In this document: positions 10,322-20,201 of the stretch, in pieces
Position numbering within the stretch: position 1 is the first letter of the stretch
How the letters are laid out: every line of letters begins with the position of its first letter
IMG/VR virus record: IMGVR_UViG_3300032323_002772
Location: 4,432 to 68,431 of that record
Source of the DNA: a virus
Strand: one strand, 5' to 3'
Length of the DNA stretch: 64,000 bases
Program-made: the position numbers and the translations under genes
Notes under the pieces: generated by a model
Seen by the model: only the letters and a program-made list of their open reading frames with translations
Database searches by the model: none
Told to the model about the DNA's origin: nothing

Positions 10322-11614
10322 ATGTTTTACATTATAGAAAGATCATCGCAGTTACCTGCTAAATTTGGAGATTGTTTTGTTAGGTTTATTCCTAAAAACG
10401 ATAATTTCCATCCCGCACTTACGGAGTTAAGTTTAGTTTATATTCGTCCACTTGACGATAAGAAAGGATACATTTTATGTATCGACCATACTGAGTCATT
10501 CGGTATTGATAAAATAGAAGTATTAGATTGGTTATTATACCATACAGATAAGCTATGGGTGCTTGATAAAAAGGAAGCATTACATTGGATGTACCCATTA
10601 GCTGATAAATTATTTGACGCTCACTTGTTAGATTTCGTTGACTTAACCCAGACATTAGGTAATAACTGTATTAGCTATTATTATAGTAAACACACTAATT
10701 TACCTAATGTCAATTGTTTAATTCCGATTAGTAAGCATTATGAAGAGAGCGAAGCAATATTTAATGCAACGTTACCTACTATCAACAAATACACATTAAC
10801 CAATACACAATTCCAATTTCAGAACTTTCGTACAACACATGTATTTCATCAAATTGAAAAAAACGGCGTAAAGGTTGATAAAAACTGCTTTATTGGTTTC
10901 TATAAGGATAAATTACAACACCCAGAATTCAATTTAAATAAAGGCAAAATATACACTCAATATAATTTACATACAACAACTACACGCCCCTCTAATACAT
11001 TTAATGGCACTAACTATGCAGCATTAAATAAAGACAATGGCGAGCGTGAATGTTATAAACCATCAAATGATACATTCATTGAGATGGACTTTCAGGGTTA
11101 TCATCCACGTTTGATTGGTGAAATGGTTGAATTTCATTTTCCTAAAGACAAAAACACATATGAAATGCTAGGCCAATTACTTGGTGTAACACAGCAAGAG
11201 GCTAAAGAATTAACATTCAAACAGTTGTATGGTGGTGTTTGGGCTGAATATGTTGATAAACCATTCTTTAAACAGGTAAATATGTTTATAGATGATATGT
11301 GGGATGAATACCAATATGGTAAGTCATATTCAACTATAAATAAAACATTCACACTTGATGAAGATATAACTCGTAATAAATTATTTAACTATATAGTTCA
11401 AAGTACTGAAACATCAACCAATGTTGAATTACTGGAATTAATATTAAAATATTTAGAAGATAAAAAAACTAAATTAGTATTGTATACTTACGACGCATTT
11501 CTATTCGACTATAGTAAAGAGGATGGAAATATAATACAAGACATTGTTAACTTATTAGAATACCCAGTTAGCGTTAAACAGGGTAATACATATCACGGTT
11601 TGAAAAAAATATAA
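10322..11614 (+). CDS. Short, divergent family A DNA polymerase-like protein
   Basis: TTTTRPSN; motif A EMDFQGYHPRL; motif B AKELTFKQLYG; motif C LYTYDAFLFD. Confidence 0.75.
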   Translation: MFYIIERSSQLPAKFGDCFVRFIPKNDNFHPALTELSLVYIRPLDDKKGYILCIDHTESFGIDKIEVLDWLLYHTDKLWVLDKKEALHWMYPLADKLFDAHLLDFVDLTQTLGNNCISYYYSKHTNLPNVNCLIPISKHYEESEAIFNATLPTINKYTLTNTQFQFQNFRTTHVFHQIEKNGVKVDKNCFIGFYKDKLQHPEFNLNKGKIYTQYNLHTTTTRPSNTFNGTNYAALNKDNGERECYKPSNDTFIEMDFQGYHPRLIGEMVEFHFPKDKNTYEMLGQLLGVTQQEAKELTFKQLYGGVWAEYVDKPFFKQVNMFIDDMWDEYQYGKSYSTINKTFTLDEDITRNKLFNYIVQSTETSTNVELLELILKYLEDKKTKLVLYTYDAFLFDYSKEDGNIIQDIVNLLEYPVSVKQGNTYHGLKKI

Positions 11615-11620
11615 ATATTT

Positions 11621-12040
11621 ATGATGGACAATATATTTTACGACTTGAATAAATTATTCTGCACATTTACTGCAAAGGACGAGTTTGAAGCAACAGTTGC
11701 TACTATTAATCGTCGCTACTCAATATTATATAACAAGATATTCATTCTTGAATCGCCACAAAGCGAAGAATTAATGTGTACTTATAATATTGATATGGGG
11801 AACGTCTCTGAAGCTCCATTGCCAAATACTATATTGTTACATCGTAAGAAAGAATCAAATACGTTATATACAATCAATGCACTTAACACATTGATTAAAT
11901 CACTAAATGGTGGTATATTAGACACCAAATATATCGTTAATTGGCATGACTATAAAAATAGTATATTGCTAACCAACGGACCAGACCTACGCAAATTAGA
12001 TACATCTATCTATAAGATTATAGATTTAGCTGCCCATTAG
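11621..12040 (+). CDS. Hypothetical phage protein
   Basis: 139 aa ORF (NKLFCTF...LHRKKESNTLYTINALN). Confidence 0.65.
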   Translation: MMDNIFYDLNKLFCTFTAKDEFEATVATINRRYSILYNKIFILESPQSEELMCTYNIDMGNVSEAPLPNTILLHRKKESNTLYTINALNTLIKSLNGGILDTKYIVNWHDYKNSILLTNGPDLRKLDTSIYKIIDLAAH

Positions 12041-12072
12041 TTTGGAGGTCTAAATAAGCATTCGTACATTCA
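12041..12072 (+). promoter_or_regulatory. Bacteroidota sigma70-like promoter (TTTG-N20-TACATTCA)
   Basis: Same spacing at 28056/28080, 30660/30684, 46215/46239 and 57501/57525. Confidence 0.55.
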
Positions 12073-12092
12073 AGTTATAAAATAAAACAGTT

Positions 12093-12926
12093 ATGGATTT
12101 AAATCTAGCAAAGCAGAAGCTTGCCGCTGCTCAGAACAAAGGCGGCCAACAACGTGAGAAAATTGATTACACAAAGATTTTCTTCAAACCAAAACCAGGT
12201 AAATATGTAGTTCGTATTCTACCTAACAAGTACGATAAGGCATGGCCTATTCGTGAAGTACAATTCCACTATGGTTTCTCTAAAGGACCAATTTTAGCAT
12301 TATCAAACTGGGGTGAAGCAGATCCAATTACGGATTTCGCAAAACAACTTCGTAAATCATCTGACAAAGAAGATTGGCAGTTAGCTAAAAAAATCGAACC
12401 AAAATCTCGTTATTTCGCTGCAGTAATTGTACGTGATGAAGAACATTTGGGTGCTCGTTTGTGGGAGTTCGGTAAATTAACAAATGATCAATTAGTAGGA
12501 ATTGCTGCTGATGAAGATTATGGTGATTTTACTGACATTACAGATGGTAGAGATTTTACTATCGAAGCAACTGAAGACATCATTGCAGGTAGAAAAGGTA
12601 TTAAATGTAACATTCGTGTTAAACCTAAAACTACACCAATTTCAGAAGACGGTGCTTTAGTAGAAAAATTACTTAACGAACAACCTGATATCTTGGGTAT
12701 TAATCGTAAATACACTTACGACGCATTAAAGGACATCTTAACTAAGTGGTTAAATCCTGAAGAAGAAGCAGCCGCTACAGAAGCTCCAATCGCATCTAAA
12801 GATGAAGATGAGGAAGACGATTTCTTAACAGAAATGAATAAACCAGTAGCACCAGCTTACACTTTAGAGACACCTGCAGCTAAAACTAGCAACGCAGATA
12901 AATTTGATAACTTATTTAACGACTAA
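12093..12926 (+). CDS. Single-stranded DNA-binding protein (T4 gp32-like)
   Basis: FFKPKPGKYVVRILP, LWEFGK, DFTDITDGRDF, acidic tail ending FDNLFND. Confidence 0.8.
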   Translation: MDLNLAKQKLAAAQNKGGQQREKIDYTKIFFKPKPGKYVVRILPNKYDKAWPIREVQFHYGFSKGPILALSNWGEADPITDFAKQLRKSSDKEDWQLAKKIEPKSRYFAAVIVRDEEHLGARLWEFGKLTNDQLVGIAADEDYGDFTDITDGRDFTIEATEDIIAGRKGIKCNIRVKPKTTPISEDGALVEKLLNEQPDILGINRKYTYDALKDILTKWLNPEEEAAATEAPIASKDEDEEDDFLTEMNKPVAPAYTLETPAAKTSNADKFDNLFND

Positions 12927-12928
12927 TC

Positions 12929-14011
12929 ATGGCCAAAAGTAAAGACAGCTTAACGACTGTAGTATCTGAATCGTTAAAAAAATCATTTAACATTGATGCA
13001 TTTAAGAAATCTAAATTCTTAGATCAATCTGTTAAATTTAAACCTCAAAGGTGGATTAAACTGTCTGAAGCTTTCCAAGATGTCATTTCATTACCTGGCA
13101 TTCCGATGGGCCACATCTCCTTATTACGTGGCCACTCGGATACTGGTAAAACAACAGCAATGTTAGAGGCAGCAGTAGCAGCCCAAAAAATGGGTATACT
13201 ACCTGTCTTTATCATTACTGAGATGAAGTGGAACTGGGAACACGCTCAACAAATGGGATTCGAAATGGAACCTGTAGTTGACACTGAAACAGGTGAAGTG
13301 ATTGATTATAAAGGATTTTTCGTTTATGTAGATAGAGGATCACTTAATACAATTGAAGACGTAGCAGCATTTATAGCTGATATGTTAAGCGAACAAGCAG
13401 CAGGTAAATTACCATTTGACTTATGTTTCTTTTGGGATTCTGTAGGATCTATTCCTTGTAGATTATCAGTTGAATCTAATAAGAATAACAATGAGTGGAA
13501 TGCTGGAGCTATGTCTCAACAGTTTGGTAACTTTATCAATCAGAAAATTGTATTATCACGTAAAGAAAACCAACCGTATACTAATACGATGGTATGTGTT
13601 AATAAGGTGTGGGTTGCAAAACCAAATTCACCTATGGAACAGCCTAAAATGAAAAATAAAGGCGGTGATACAATGTTCTTTGATTCCTCACTTGTAGTAA
13701 CATTTGGTAATATTTCAAACAGTGGTACTAGTAAAATTAAAGCAACTAAAGACGGCAAAGACGTTGAGTTTGCTAAACGTACTAAGATATCAGTTGATAA
13801 AAACCACGTTACAGGTGTTCAAACAAAAGGTACTGTTACAATGACAGTTCACGGTTTCATTGCTGACGATAAGAAAGCAATTGACCTATATAAGAAAGAA
13901 CATTCTAAAGATTGGTTACAAATTCTAGGTTCAGTTGACTTTGACGTTGTTGAAGAAGATGAAATGGAAGAAAATTTTAAAGAAGTAAATTTAGTAGATG
14001 TCGAAGAGTAA
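12929..14011 (+). CDS. RecA/UvsX-like recombinase
   Basis: GIPMGHISLLRGHSDTGKTT Walker A; FFWDSVGS Walker B. Confidence 0.85.
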   Translation: MAKSKDSLTTVVSESLKKSFNIDAFKKSKFLDQSVKFKPQRWIKLSEAFQDVISLPGIPMGHISLLRGHSDTGKTTAMLEAAVAAQKMGILPVFIITEMKWNWEHAQQMGFEMEPVVDTETGEVIDYKGFFVYVDRGSLNTIEDVAAFIADMLSEQAAGKLPFDLCFFWDSVGSIPCRLSVESNKNNNEWNAGAMSQQFGNFINQKIVLSRKENQPYTNTMVCVNKVWVAKPNSPMEQPKMKNKGGDTMFFDSSLVVTFGNISNSGTSKIKATKDGKDVEFAKRTKISVDKNHVTGVQTKGTVTMTVHGFIADDKKAIDLYKKEHSKDWLQILGSVDFDVVEEDEMEENFKEVNLVDVEE

Positions 14012-15026
14012 ATATGAACAATTACTCTCTAACGTACAACCAGACATCAGAAAAGAACTAAGCTCAATTTTAATCATAGACGGCCTCAATACATTCTTGA
14101 GGTCGTTTACTATGATTAATCATATTAATCCGGACGGGCATCATATCGGCGGACTCACTGGCTTTTTAAAGTCAATAGGTTATGCTATCAGAATGGCTGA
14201 TCCAACTAAAGTAGTTATTGTATTTGATGGTGTAGGTGGTTCAAACGCTAGGAGAAATCTGTTCCCAGCATATAAAGCAAATCGTAATGTTAATCGCATG
14301 ACGAATTATTCCATATTCCAATCGAAAGATGAGGAACAGGAAAGTATTAACAATCAAATGGAACGCTTAATCCAATACCTTAAGTGTTTACCTGTTACTG
14401 TAGTTAGTATTGATGGATTAGAGGCAGATGACATTATTGGTTATCTAGCTACTAAATTTGAGGCGCATGAAGACACTCAAAAGGTAACTATCATGTCTGC
14501 TGATAAGGACTTCCTACAATTAGTATCAGATAAAGTAAACTGCTATTCTCCTACTAAGAAGAAAGTATACACACCAAAAGACGTACTGGAAGAATACGGC
14601 GTTACAAGTCAAAACTTCCTTAACTATAAGGTGTTGATGGGAGACTCAAGTGACAATATACCTGGCGTTACTGGTTTAGGACCTAAAAAACTATTTAAAC
14701 TATTTCCAGAATTAGCAACTGACACTCAGTTAACAGTAGATGATATTATTACTAAATCAGCAGAAAAAATTAGTGAAAATAAATTATATTTGTCTGTTGT
14801 AGAAAGACGCTACCAGTTATATACTAATCATCAATTGATGTCTTTGAATGGTAGTTTCTTATCACCAGAGAATAAACAACTAGTTAAAGACGCATTTACT
14901 AATTCTTATGAATTAAATATACCGATATTCCTTCAATTGTATCATAATGATAAATTAGGTGAATCAATTCCTAATGTACAGTCTTGGCTAACACAATTGT
15001 TTGGTTATCCAAATTCTTTCAAATAA
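13998..15026 (+). CDS. 5'-3' exonuclease / RNase H (FEN family)
   Basis: IIDGLN, YKANR, LEADDII, SADKDFLQL, GDSSDNIPGVTGLGPK. Confidence 0.9.
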   Translation: MSKSKYEQLLSNVQPDIRKELSSILIIDGLNTFLRSFTMINHINPDGHHIGGLTGFLKSIGYAIRMADPTKVVIVFDGVGGSNARRNLFPAYKANRNVNRMTNYSIFQSKDEEQESINNQMERLIQYLKCLPVTVVSIDGLEADDIIGYLATKFEAHEDTQKVTIMSADKDFLQLVSDKVNCYSPTKKKVYTPKDVLEEYGVTSQNFLNYKVLMGDSSDNIPGVTGLGPKKLFKLFPELATDTQLTVDDIITKSAEKISENKLYLSVVERRYQLYTNHQLMSLNGSFLSPENKQLVKDAFTNSYELNIPIFLQLYHNDKLGESIPNVQSWLTQLFGYPNSFK

Positions 15027-15047
15027 ATTTAGACAAACAAATAAGTT

Positions 15048-15263
15048 ATGGAACAACAAACAGGAGAACTAACCGTAATGCAAAGGTTAAGATTAGAAAT
15101 ACAAAATTATTGCGGAGATCAAATTTTTAAAGACATATATCAAGATTTATTTGATAAAGCAATACAGGATGATATTGAACAAATAAAAGATGTTTATGAT
15201 AGAGGTAAAGAAAATGCACCCTTAAACTTATCACTATTTTTTGAAGTCCCTGATAATAAATAA
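15048..15263 (+). CDS. Hypothetical protein
   Basis: 71 aa ORF filling the gap between genes. Confidence 0.55.
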   Translation: MEQQTGELTVMQRLRLEIQNYCGDQIFKDIYQDLFDKAIQDDIEQIKDVYDRGKENAPLNLSLFFEVPDNK

Positions 15264-15281
15264 AAATTAAACAAGTTACGA

Positions 15282-16658
15282 ATGACAACTCTCCAAAAAT
15301 TAAATCAGTACGGACCCGTATTCCAAGTAAAAGTACTAGGTGCTTTACTAACACAAAGACAATTTCTAATTAACATTATAGATTCACTTGATTCAGAATA
15401 TTTTGAATCATCAGCACATAAGTGGGTTGTAGAATATGTTCAAAAATACTTTGGAGAATATCACACTACACCAACAGTAGAAACAATGTCTATTGAGGTA
15501 AAGAAAATTGATAATGAAGTATTAAGAATATCAATTGTAGAGGCGCTTAAAGAAGCTTACAAAATGTCAGATCAATCTGATCTAGAATGGGTTGAAGCTG
15601 AATTTAGTAATTTCTGTCGCAATCAACAAGTAAAGAAAGCAATCCTTAATTCAGTTCAGTTACTTGAAATGAATGATTTTGATAGTATCCTTCAGCTAAT
15701 TGGTAAAGCAGTTAGAGCAGGTGAGGACAAAACAGTAGGTTTAGATTACAATTTAGATATTGAAGCTAGATATCGTGAAGATGATCGTAGCTGTATTCCA
15801 TTCCCTTGGTCTACATTTAACGAATTAACACAAGGTGGATATGGTAAAGGTGATTTAGTACTTGTATTTGGTAATCCAGGAGGCGGTAAATCATGGGCAG
15901 TAACAGCAATGGGTGCTTATGCCGCAGCATTAGGATTTAATGTAGTACATTACTCATTAGAGTTAGGCGAAGGATATATTGGTAAACGTTATGATGCTAT
16001 TTTCTCTGGTATTGAAGTAGATAAACTACATTTACATCGTAAAGAGGTAGATGAAATAGTTAAGAAAGTAAAGGGTAAAGTAATCATTAAAGAATACCCA
16101 CCTAAAAGAGCATCATTTGATACTATAGAAGCACATTTACAGCAACTTGAGCATCAAAATGATTTTAAACCAGATTTAATTATCATCGACTATCTAGATT
16201 ACATGCGTACTAAGGGTAGAAAAGAACGTAAAGACGAAATCGATGATGTTTATGTTGCTGCTAAAGCATTTGGTAAGGAAAAAGGTATACCTATTATATC
16301 ACCATCACAAGCGAATCGTACAGCAGCTAAATCCGATATTATCGAAGGTGATAATGCGGCTGGATCATATGATAAAATTATGATTGGGGATATAATTATA
16401 TCCTTAGCTCGTAAACGTAAAGATAAAATTGAAGGAACAGGACGTTTCCATATTATGAAAAATAGATATGGAGCTGATGGTATGACTTTTAGAGCCAAAA
16501 TAAATACATCAAATGGATATATAGAAGTAGACAGTGACCCAGTAGATGATGATGAATTGGATTCAAATAATGGAAGTAAACCAGTAAATGATTTTTCAAA
16601 TGTTGATATAGAAGAAAGACAATTACTTCAAAAGAAGTTTTTCAAACTTGATTCTTAA
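15282..16658 (+). CDS. Replicative DnaB-like helicase (T4 gp41-like)
   Basis: GNPGGGKS Walker A, YSLEL, IIIDYLD, SQANR, KNRYG. Confidence 0.9.
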   Translation: MTTLQKLNQYGPVFQVKVLGALLTQRQFLINIIDSLDSEYFESSAHKWVVEYVQKYFGEYHTTPTVETMSIEVKKIDNEVLRISIVEALKEAYKMSDQSDLEWVEAEFSNFCRNQQVKKAILNSVQLLEMNDFDSILQLIGKAVRAGEDKTVGLDYNLDIEARYREDDRSCIPFPWSTFNELTQGGYGKGDLVLVFGNPGGGKSWAVTAMGAYAAALGFNVVHYSLELGEGYIGKRYDAIFSGIEVDKLHLHRKEVDEIVKKVKGKVIIKEYPPKRASFDTIEAHLQQLEHQNDFKPDLIIIDYLDYMRTKGRKERKDEIDDVYVAAKAFGKEKGIPIISPSQANRTAAKSDIIEGDNAAGSYDKIMIGDIIISLARKRKDKIEGTGRFHIMKNRYGADGMTFRAKINTSNGYIEVDSDPVDDDELDSNNGSKPVNDFSNVDIEERQLLQKKFFKLDS

Positions 16659-16699
16659 TCAAAGTATATACTATATTTATAACTACAACAATAAAAATT

Positions 16700-16960
16700 A
16701 TGGTAAAGGTTAAGAGATTCACTGCAAAATGGTGTGGACCGTGTCATCAATTAGCTCCGATTTTCGAACAAATGGCTATTGAATTTCCAAATGTGCAATT
16801 CGAAACTATCGATGTAGATACATCCCCTGAAAATGTTCAAGAATATATGGTTACTTCTGTTCCTACAGTAGTAATTGAACATAACGGACAAGCAATACAA
16901 CGTTATGTGGGCCTAAACCCAAAAACAACATACACAAACACAATTAAGTCACTTATTTAA
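16700..16960 (+). CDS. trxA: Thioredoxin
   Basis: WCGPC active site; SVPT cis-Pro loop. Confidence 0.9.
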   Translation: MVKVKRFTAKWCGPCHQLAPIFEQMAIEFPNVQFETIDVDTSPENVQEYMVTSVPTVVIEHNGQAIQRYVGLNPKTTYTNTIKSLI

Positions 16961-16974
16961 AAACAAAACAGACA

Positions 16975-18825
16975 ATGGATGTAACACAGAGTATTCTCAG
17001 TGAGATTACAACGTATATGAAATACGCTAAATTTAGACCAGAATTAAACAGAAGAGAGACATGGGAGGAGTTAGTCACGAGAAACAAAGAAATGCATCAA
17101 ACTAAATTCCCACAACTAAAAAATGAAATCGAAGAAGCTTATAGATTGGTCTACGCTAAAAAGGTATTACCATCGATGCGTAGCTTACAGTTTGCGGGTA
17201 AGCCCATTGAACTTAATAATGCTCGCATATTTAATTGCAGTTTTCTGCCTATTGATGATTGGCGTTCGTTCAGCGAAATAATGTTCTTATTGTTGAGCGG
17301 ATGTGGAGTAGGATACTCAGTACAAACACATCACGTAGATCAATTACCAGAAATTAAGGTACCAACCAAACAAAAAAGATACCTAATAGGCGACAGTATT
17401 GAAGGATGGGCTGATGCTGTGAGAATGCTTTGTAAAGCGTATTTTACGGGTGCTCCTTTGCCTTTATTCGACTTTAGAGACATTAGAGCTAAAGGTGCTC
17501 AGTTGATTACTGTAGGTGGTAAAGCACCTGGTCCTGAACCATTAAAAGAATGTTTATTCAACTTACAAAAAGTATTTGATCGTAAACAAAACGGTGATAA
17601 ATTAACATCATTGGATGCTCATGATATGGCTTGCCATATTGCAGATGCAGTATTATCTGGTGGTATCAGACGTGCAGCATTAATCTCATTATTCAACTTG
17701 GATGATGAAGCAATGTTAACTTGCAAATTTGGAAATTGGTGGGAAGAAAATCCACAAAGAGGACGTGCTAACAACTCTGCAGTTGTAATGCGTCATAAAA
17801 TTGACGAAGAAGAATTCTTCAAATTATGGAAGAAAATTGAATTAAGTGGATCTGGTGAACCAGGTATTTACTTCAGCAACGATAAAGATTGGGGTACTAA
17901 CCCATGTTGTGAAATTGCTTTACGTTCTTATCAGTTCTGTAACTTATGTGAAGTAAACGTTTCAAACGTTGAATCACAAGAAGACTTAAACGAAAGAGTA
18001 CGTGTAGGTGCCTTTATTGGTACATTACAAGCAGCATATACTGACTTCCATTACTTAAGAGATGTATGGCGTAAAACAACTGAGAAAGATGCTTTATTAG
18101 GTGTTGGTATGACAGGTATTGGATCTGGAACTATATTAGCTTATGATTTAAAGAAAGCAGCTGATTTAGCTAAAGAAGAAAATGCAAGAGTAGCTGAAAT
18201 CATTGGTGTTAATAAAGCAGCTCGTGTAACTACAGTTAAACCATCAGGTACTTCATCATTAGTATTAGGTACTGCAAGTGGTATTCACGCTTGGCACAAT
18301 GACTTCTATATCAGACGTATTCGTGTAGGTAAGAATGAAGCTATTTATAATTATTTAGCTGTTAACCACCCAGAATTAGTTGAAGATGATTTCTTCAAAC
18401 CAACAATTCAAGCTGTAATTTCAGTTCCACAACGTGCTCCACAAGGATCAATTTTAAGAACTGAAAACGTAATGGATATGTTAGAGCGTGTTAAGAAATT
18501 TAACATGCAGTGGGTTAAGAAAGGACATCGTAGAGGTGCTAACACAAACAACGTATCTGCAACTGTATCAATTCAAGAAGGCGAATGGGAACAAGTAGGA
18601 CAATGGATGTGGGATAATAAAGACACATTTAATGGCTTATCAGTATTACCTTATTTCGGAGGTACTTACAAACAAGCCCCATTCGAAGATATTACTGAAG
18701 AACAATTCAATGAAATGGCTCAATATTTACATTCAATTGATTTAAGTAAGGTTGTTGAATTTAGCGACGAAACAGCACTAATGGATCAAGCAGCTTGTGC
18801 TGGTGGTGCATGTGAAATAGTATAA
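16975..18825 (+). CDS. nrdJ: Class II (adenosylcobalamin-dependent) ribonucleotide reductase
   Basis: PSMRSLQFAG, FNCS, GGIRRAALI, TNPCCEI, TVKPSGT, C-terminal CAGGAC; no beta subunit adjacent. Confidence 0.85.
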   Translation: MDVTQSILSEITTYMKYAKFRPELNRRETWEELVTRNKEMHQTKFPQLKNEIEEAYRLVYAKKVLPSMRSLQFAGKPIELNNARIFNCSFLPIDDWRSFSEIMFLLLSGCGVGYSVQTHHVDQLPEIKVPTKQKRYLIGDSIEGWADAVRMLCKAYFTGAPLPLFDFRDIRAKGAQLITVGGKAPGPEPLKECLFNLQKVFDRKQNGDKLTSLDAHDMACHIADAVLSGGIRRAALISLFNLDDEAMLTCKFGNWWEENPQRGRANNSAVVMRHKIDEEEFFKLWKKIELSGSGEPGIYFSNDKDWGTNPCCEIALRSYQFCNLCEVNVSNVESQEDLNERVRVGAFIGTLQAAYTDFHYLRDVWRKTTEKDALLGVGMTGIGSGTILAYDLKKAADLAKEENARVAEIIGVNKAARVTTVKPSGTSSLVLGTASGIHAWHNDFYIRRIRVGKNEAIYNYLAVNHPELVEDDFFKPTIQAVISVPQRAPQGSILRTENVMDMLERVKKFNMQWVKKGHRRGANTNNVSATVSIQEGEWEQVGQWMWDNKDTFNGLSVLPYFGGTYKQAPFEDITEEQFNEMAQYLHSIDLSKVVEFSDETALMDQAACAGGACEIV

Positions 18826-18892
18826 AAATGAGTCATGATAATCTAGTACAAAACATAATAAGTGGGATGTACGGAAGCATTAAAGGAAATAG

Positions 18893-19096
18893 ATGAAACA
18901 GTTTATTGAAAATGTAGATTATTATATGGAGGGCGAGCGCGTGATTTTCACAGCGCTCACCCACATTAATCGTGGATCTTGCTGTGGTAATGGATGTAGA
19001 CATTGTCCTTATTCTCCAAGACATGATAGAGGAAATGTGGTGTTGTCAGAAAAATTACTTAAATTTAATTCAAATAAAGAAAATGGATCCAAATAA
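18893..19096 (+). CDS. Small Cys-rich protein (DUF5522-like)
   Basis: VIFTALTHINRGSCCGNGCRHCPY. Confidence 0.7.
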   Translation: MKQFIENVDYYMEGERVIFTALTHINRGSCCGNGCRHCPYSPRHDRGNVVLSEKLLKFNSNKENGSK

Positions 19097-19274
19097 AATG
19101 CATGAGCGAGTGCTCGAAATACAGAAAAATATAGAAATAGCAACCCCAGAACAACAAACAGCTATGTTGTCTGAACTACTTGGTATTGCTTCTAGAATTG
19201 AACAATCACTAGCCGAAATAAAAATTGATGATATCGATATTGAAGATATTAAAATAGAAGAAAATGAAGAATAA
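19083..19274 (+). CDS. Hypothetical acidic protein
   Basis: ORF starting MDPNKMHERV; start moved from 18972 to limit overlap. Confidence 0.55.
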   Translation: MDPNKMHERVLEIQKNIEIATPEQQTAMLSELLGIASRIEQSLAEIKIDDIDIEDIKIEENEE

Positions 19275-19470
19275 TTTTGAAGCAATAATGTATATTATTG
19301 GTTTAGTAATTTTATTGGTTATGTTATTAGGTATGCCACTGCAATTATTGTGGAATTGGTTAATGCCTAATTTATTTAATTTACCTTATATTTCATTTTG
19401 GCAAGCAGTAGGATTAAATTTAATGGCCACTATATTGTTTAGGCCTACAATCAATATAAAGAAAAATTAA
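19264..19470 (+). CDS. Small membrane protein
   Basis: Two hydrophobic segments; LLWNWLMP.LF.LP.I.FWQA.GL. Confidence 0.65.
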   Translation: MKNNFEAIMYIIGLVILLVMLLGMPLQLLWNWLMPNLFNLPYISFWQAVGLNLMATILFRPTINIKKN

Positions 19471-19471
19471 T

Positions 19472-19933
19472 ATGTCAAAGTTTCAGTCAACTAAGTTATT
19501 TGATGGTTTTAGTACAGTATTTCGTCAATTTAAAGCAGAAGGTACCCACTGCAGATTTCTTCATGGTTATGGGGTATCATTTAGAGTATGGTTCGAAGGC
19601 GAACTAGACGAACGTAATTGGGTTTGGGATTTTGGAGGTATGAAACGTGCTAACGGCACTATCGATGGTATGAATCCTAAAGCATGGATGGACCATATGT
19701 TTGACCATACTACAATTGTAGCTGAAGATGATCCTGGAATTGGTGGGTTTAAGACAATGGATCAACTTGGTATTATTCAATTAAGAATACTCCCAGCTGT
19801 TGGAGCAGAACAGTTTGCAAAATATATTTTTGAAAAATTGAACACATTCGTTCAAGAAGAAACTAGCGGTAGAGTTAAAGTTGTAAGAGTAGAATTCATG
19901 GAAAACAACAAAAATACCGCTATATATGAATAA
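19472..19933 (+). CDS. queD: 6-carboxytetrahydropterin synthase
   Basis: HCRFLHGY, WVWDFGG, FDHT, EFMENNKN; clustered with queC, queE and folE. Confidence 0.85.
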   Translation: MSKFQSTKLFDGFSTVFRQFKAEGTHCRFLHGYGVSFRVWFEGELDERNWVWDFGGMKRANGTIDGMNPKAWMDHMFDHTTIVAEDDPGIGGFKTMDQLGIIQLRILPAVGAEQFAKYIFEKLNTFVQEETSGRVKVVRVEFMENNKNTAIYE

Positions 19934-20201
19934 AAAGTCAAAGAAGGCTCAGCGCAAAGAAATTATTGAGCAAAATCCCCCACTATACCTTAGTGAAGGT
20001 CATTGGGATGATGCTATGTTAGAAGATAATAGTTACTATGATATAGATATTATTAATAAAGCTAATGCTCCTATTTTTAGAAAAATAGAAGAATGGGAGA
20101 AAAACTATGCTAATGCCTCTAGCAACATGGGAAAATGGTACTGCCAGTTACAAATTGATAAATGGAAAAAGAAACTACACAGCTATGAAAGTAAGTCATG
20201 A
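19926..20201 (+). CDS. Hypothetical protein
   Basis: 91 aa ORF overlapping both neighbours. Confidence 0.55.
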   Translation: MNKKSKKAQRKEIIEQNPPLYLSEGHWDDAMLEDNSYYDIDIINKANAPIFRKIEEWEKNYANASSNMGKWYCQLQIDKWKKKLHSYESKS

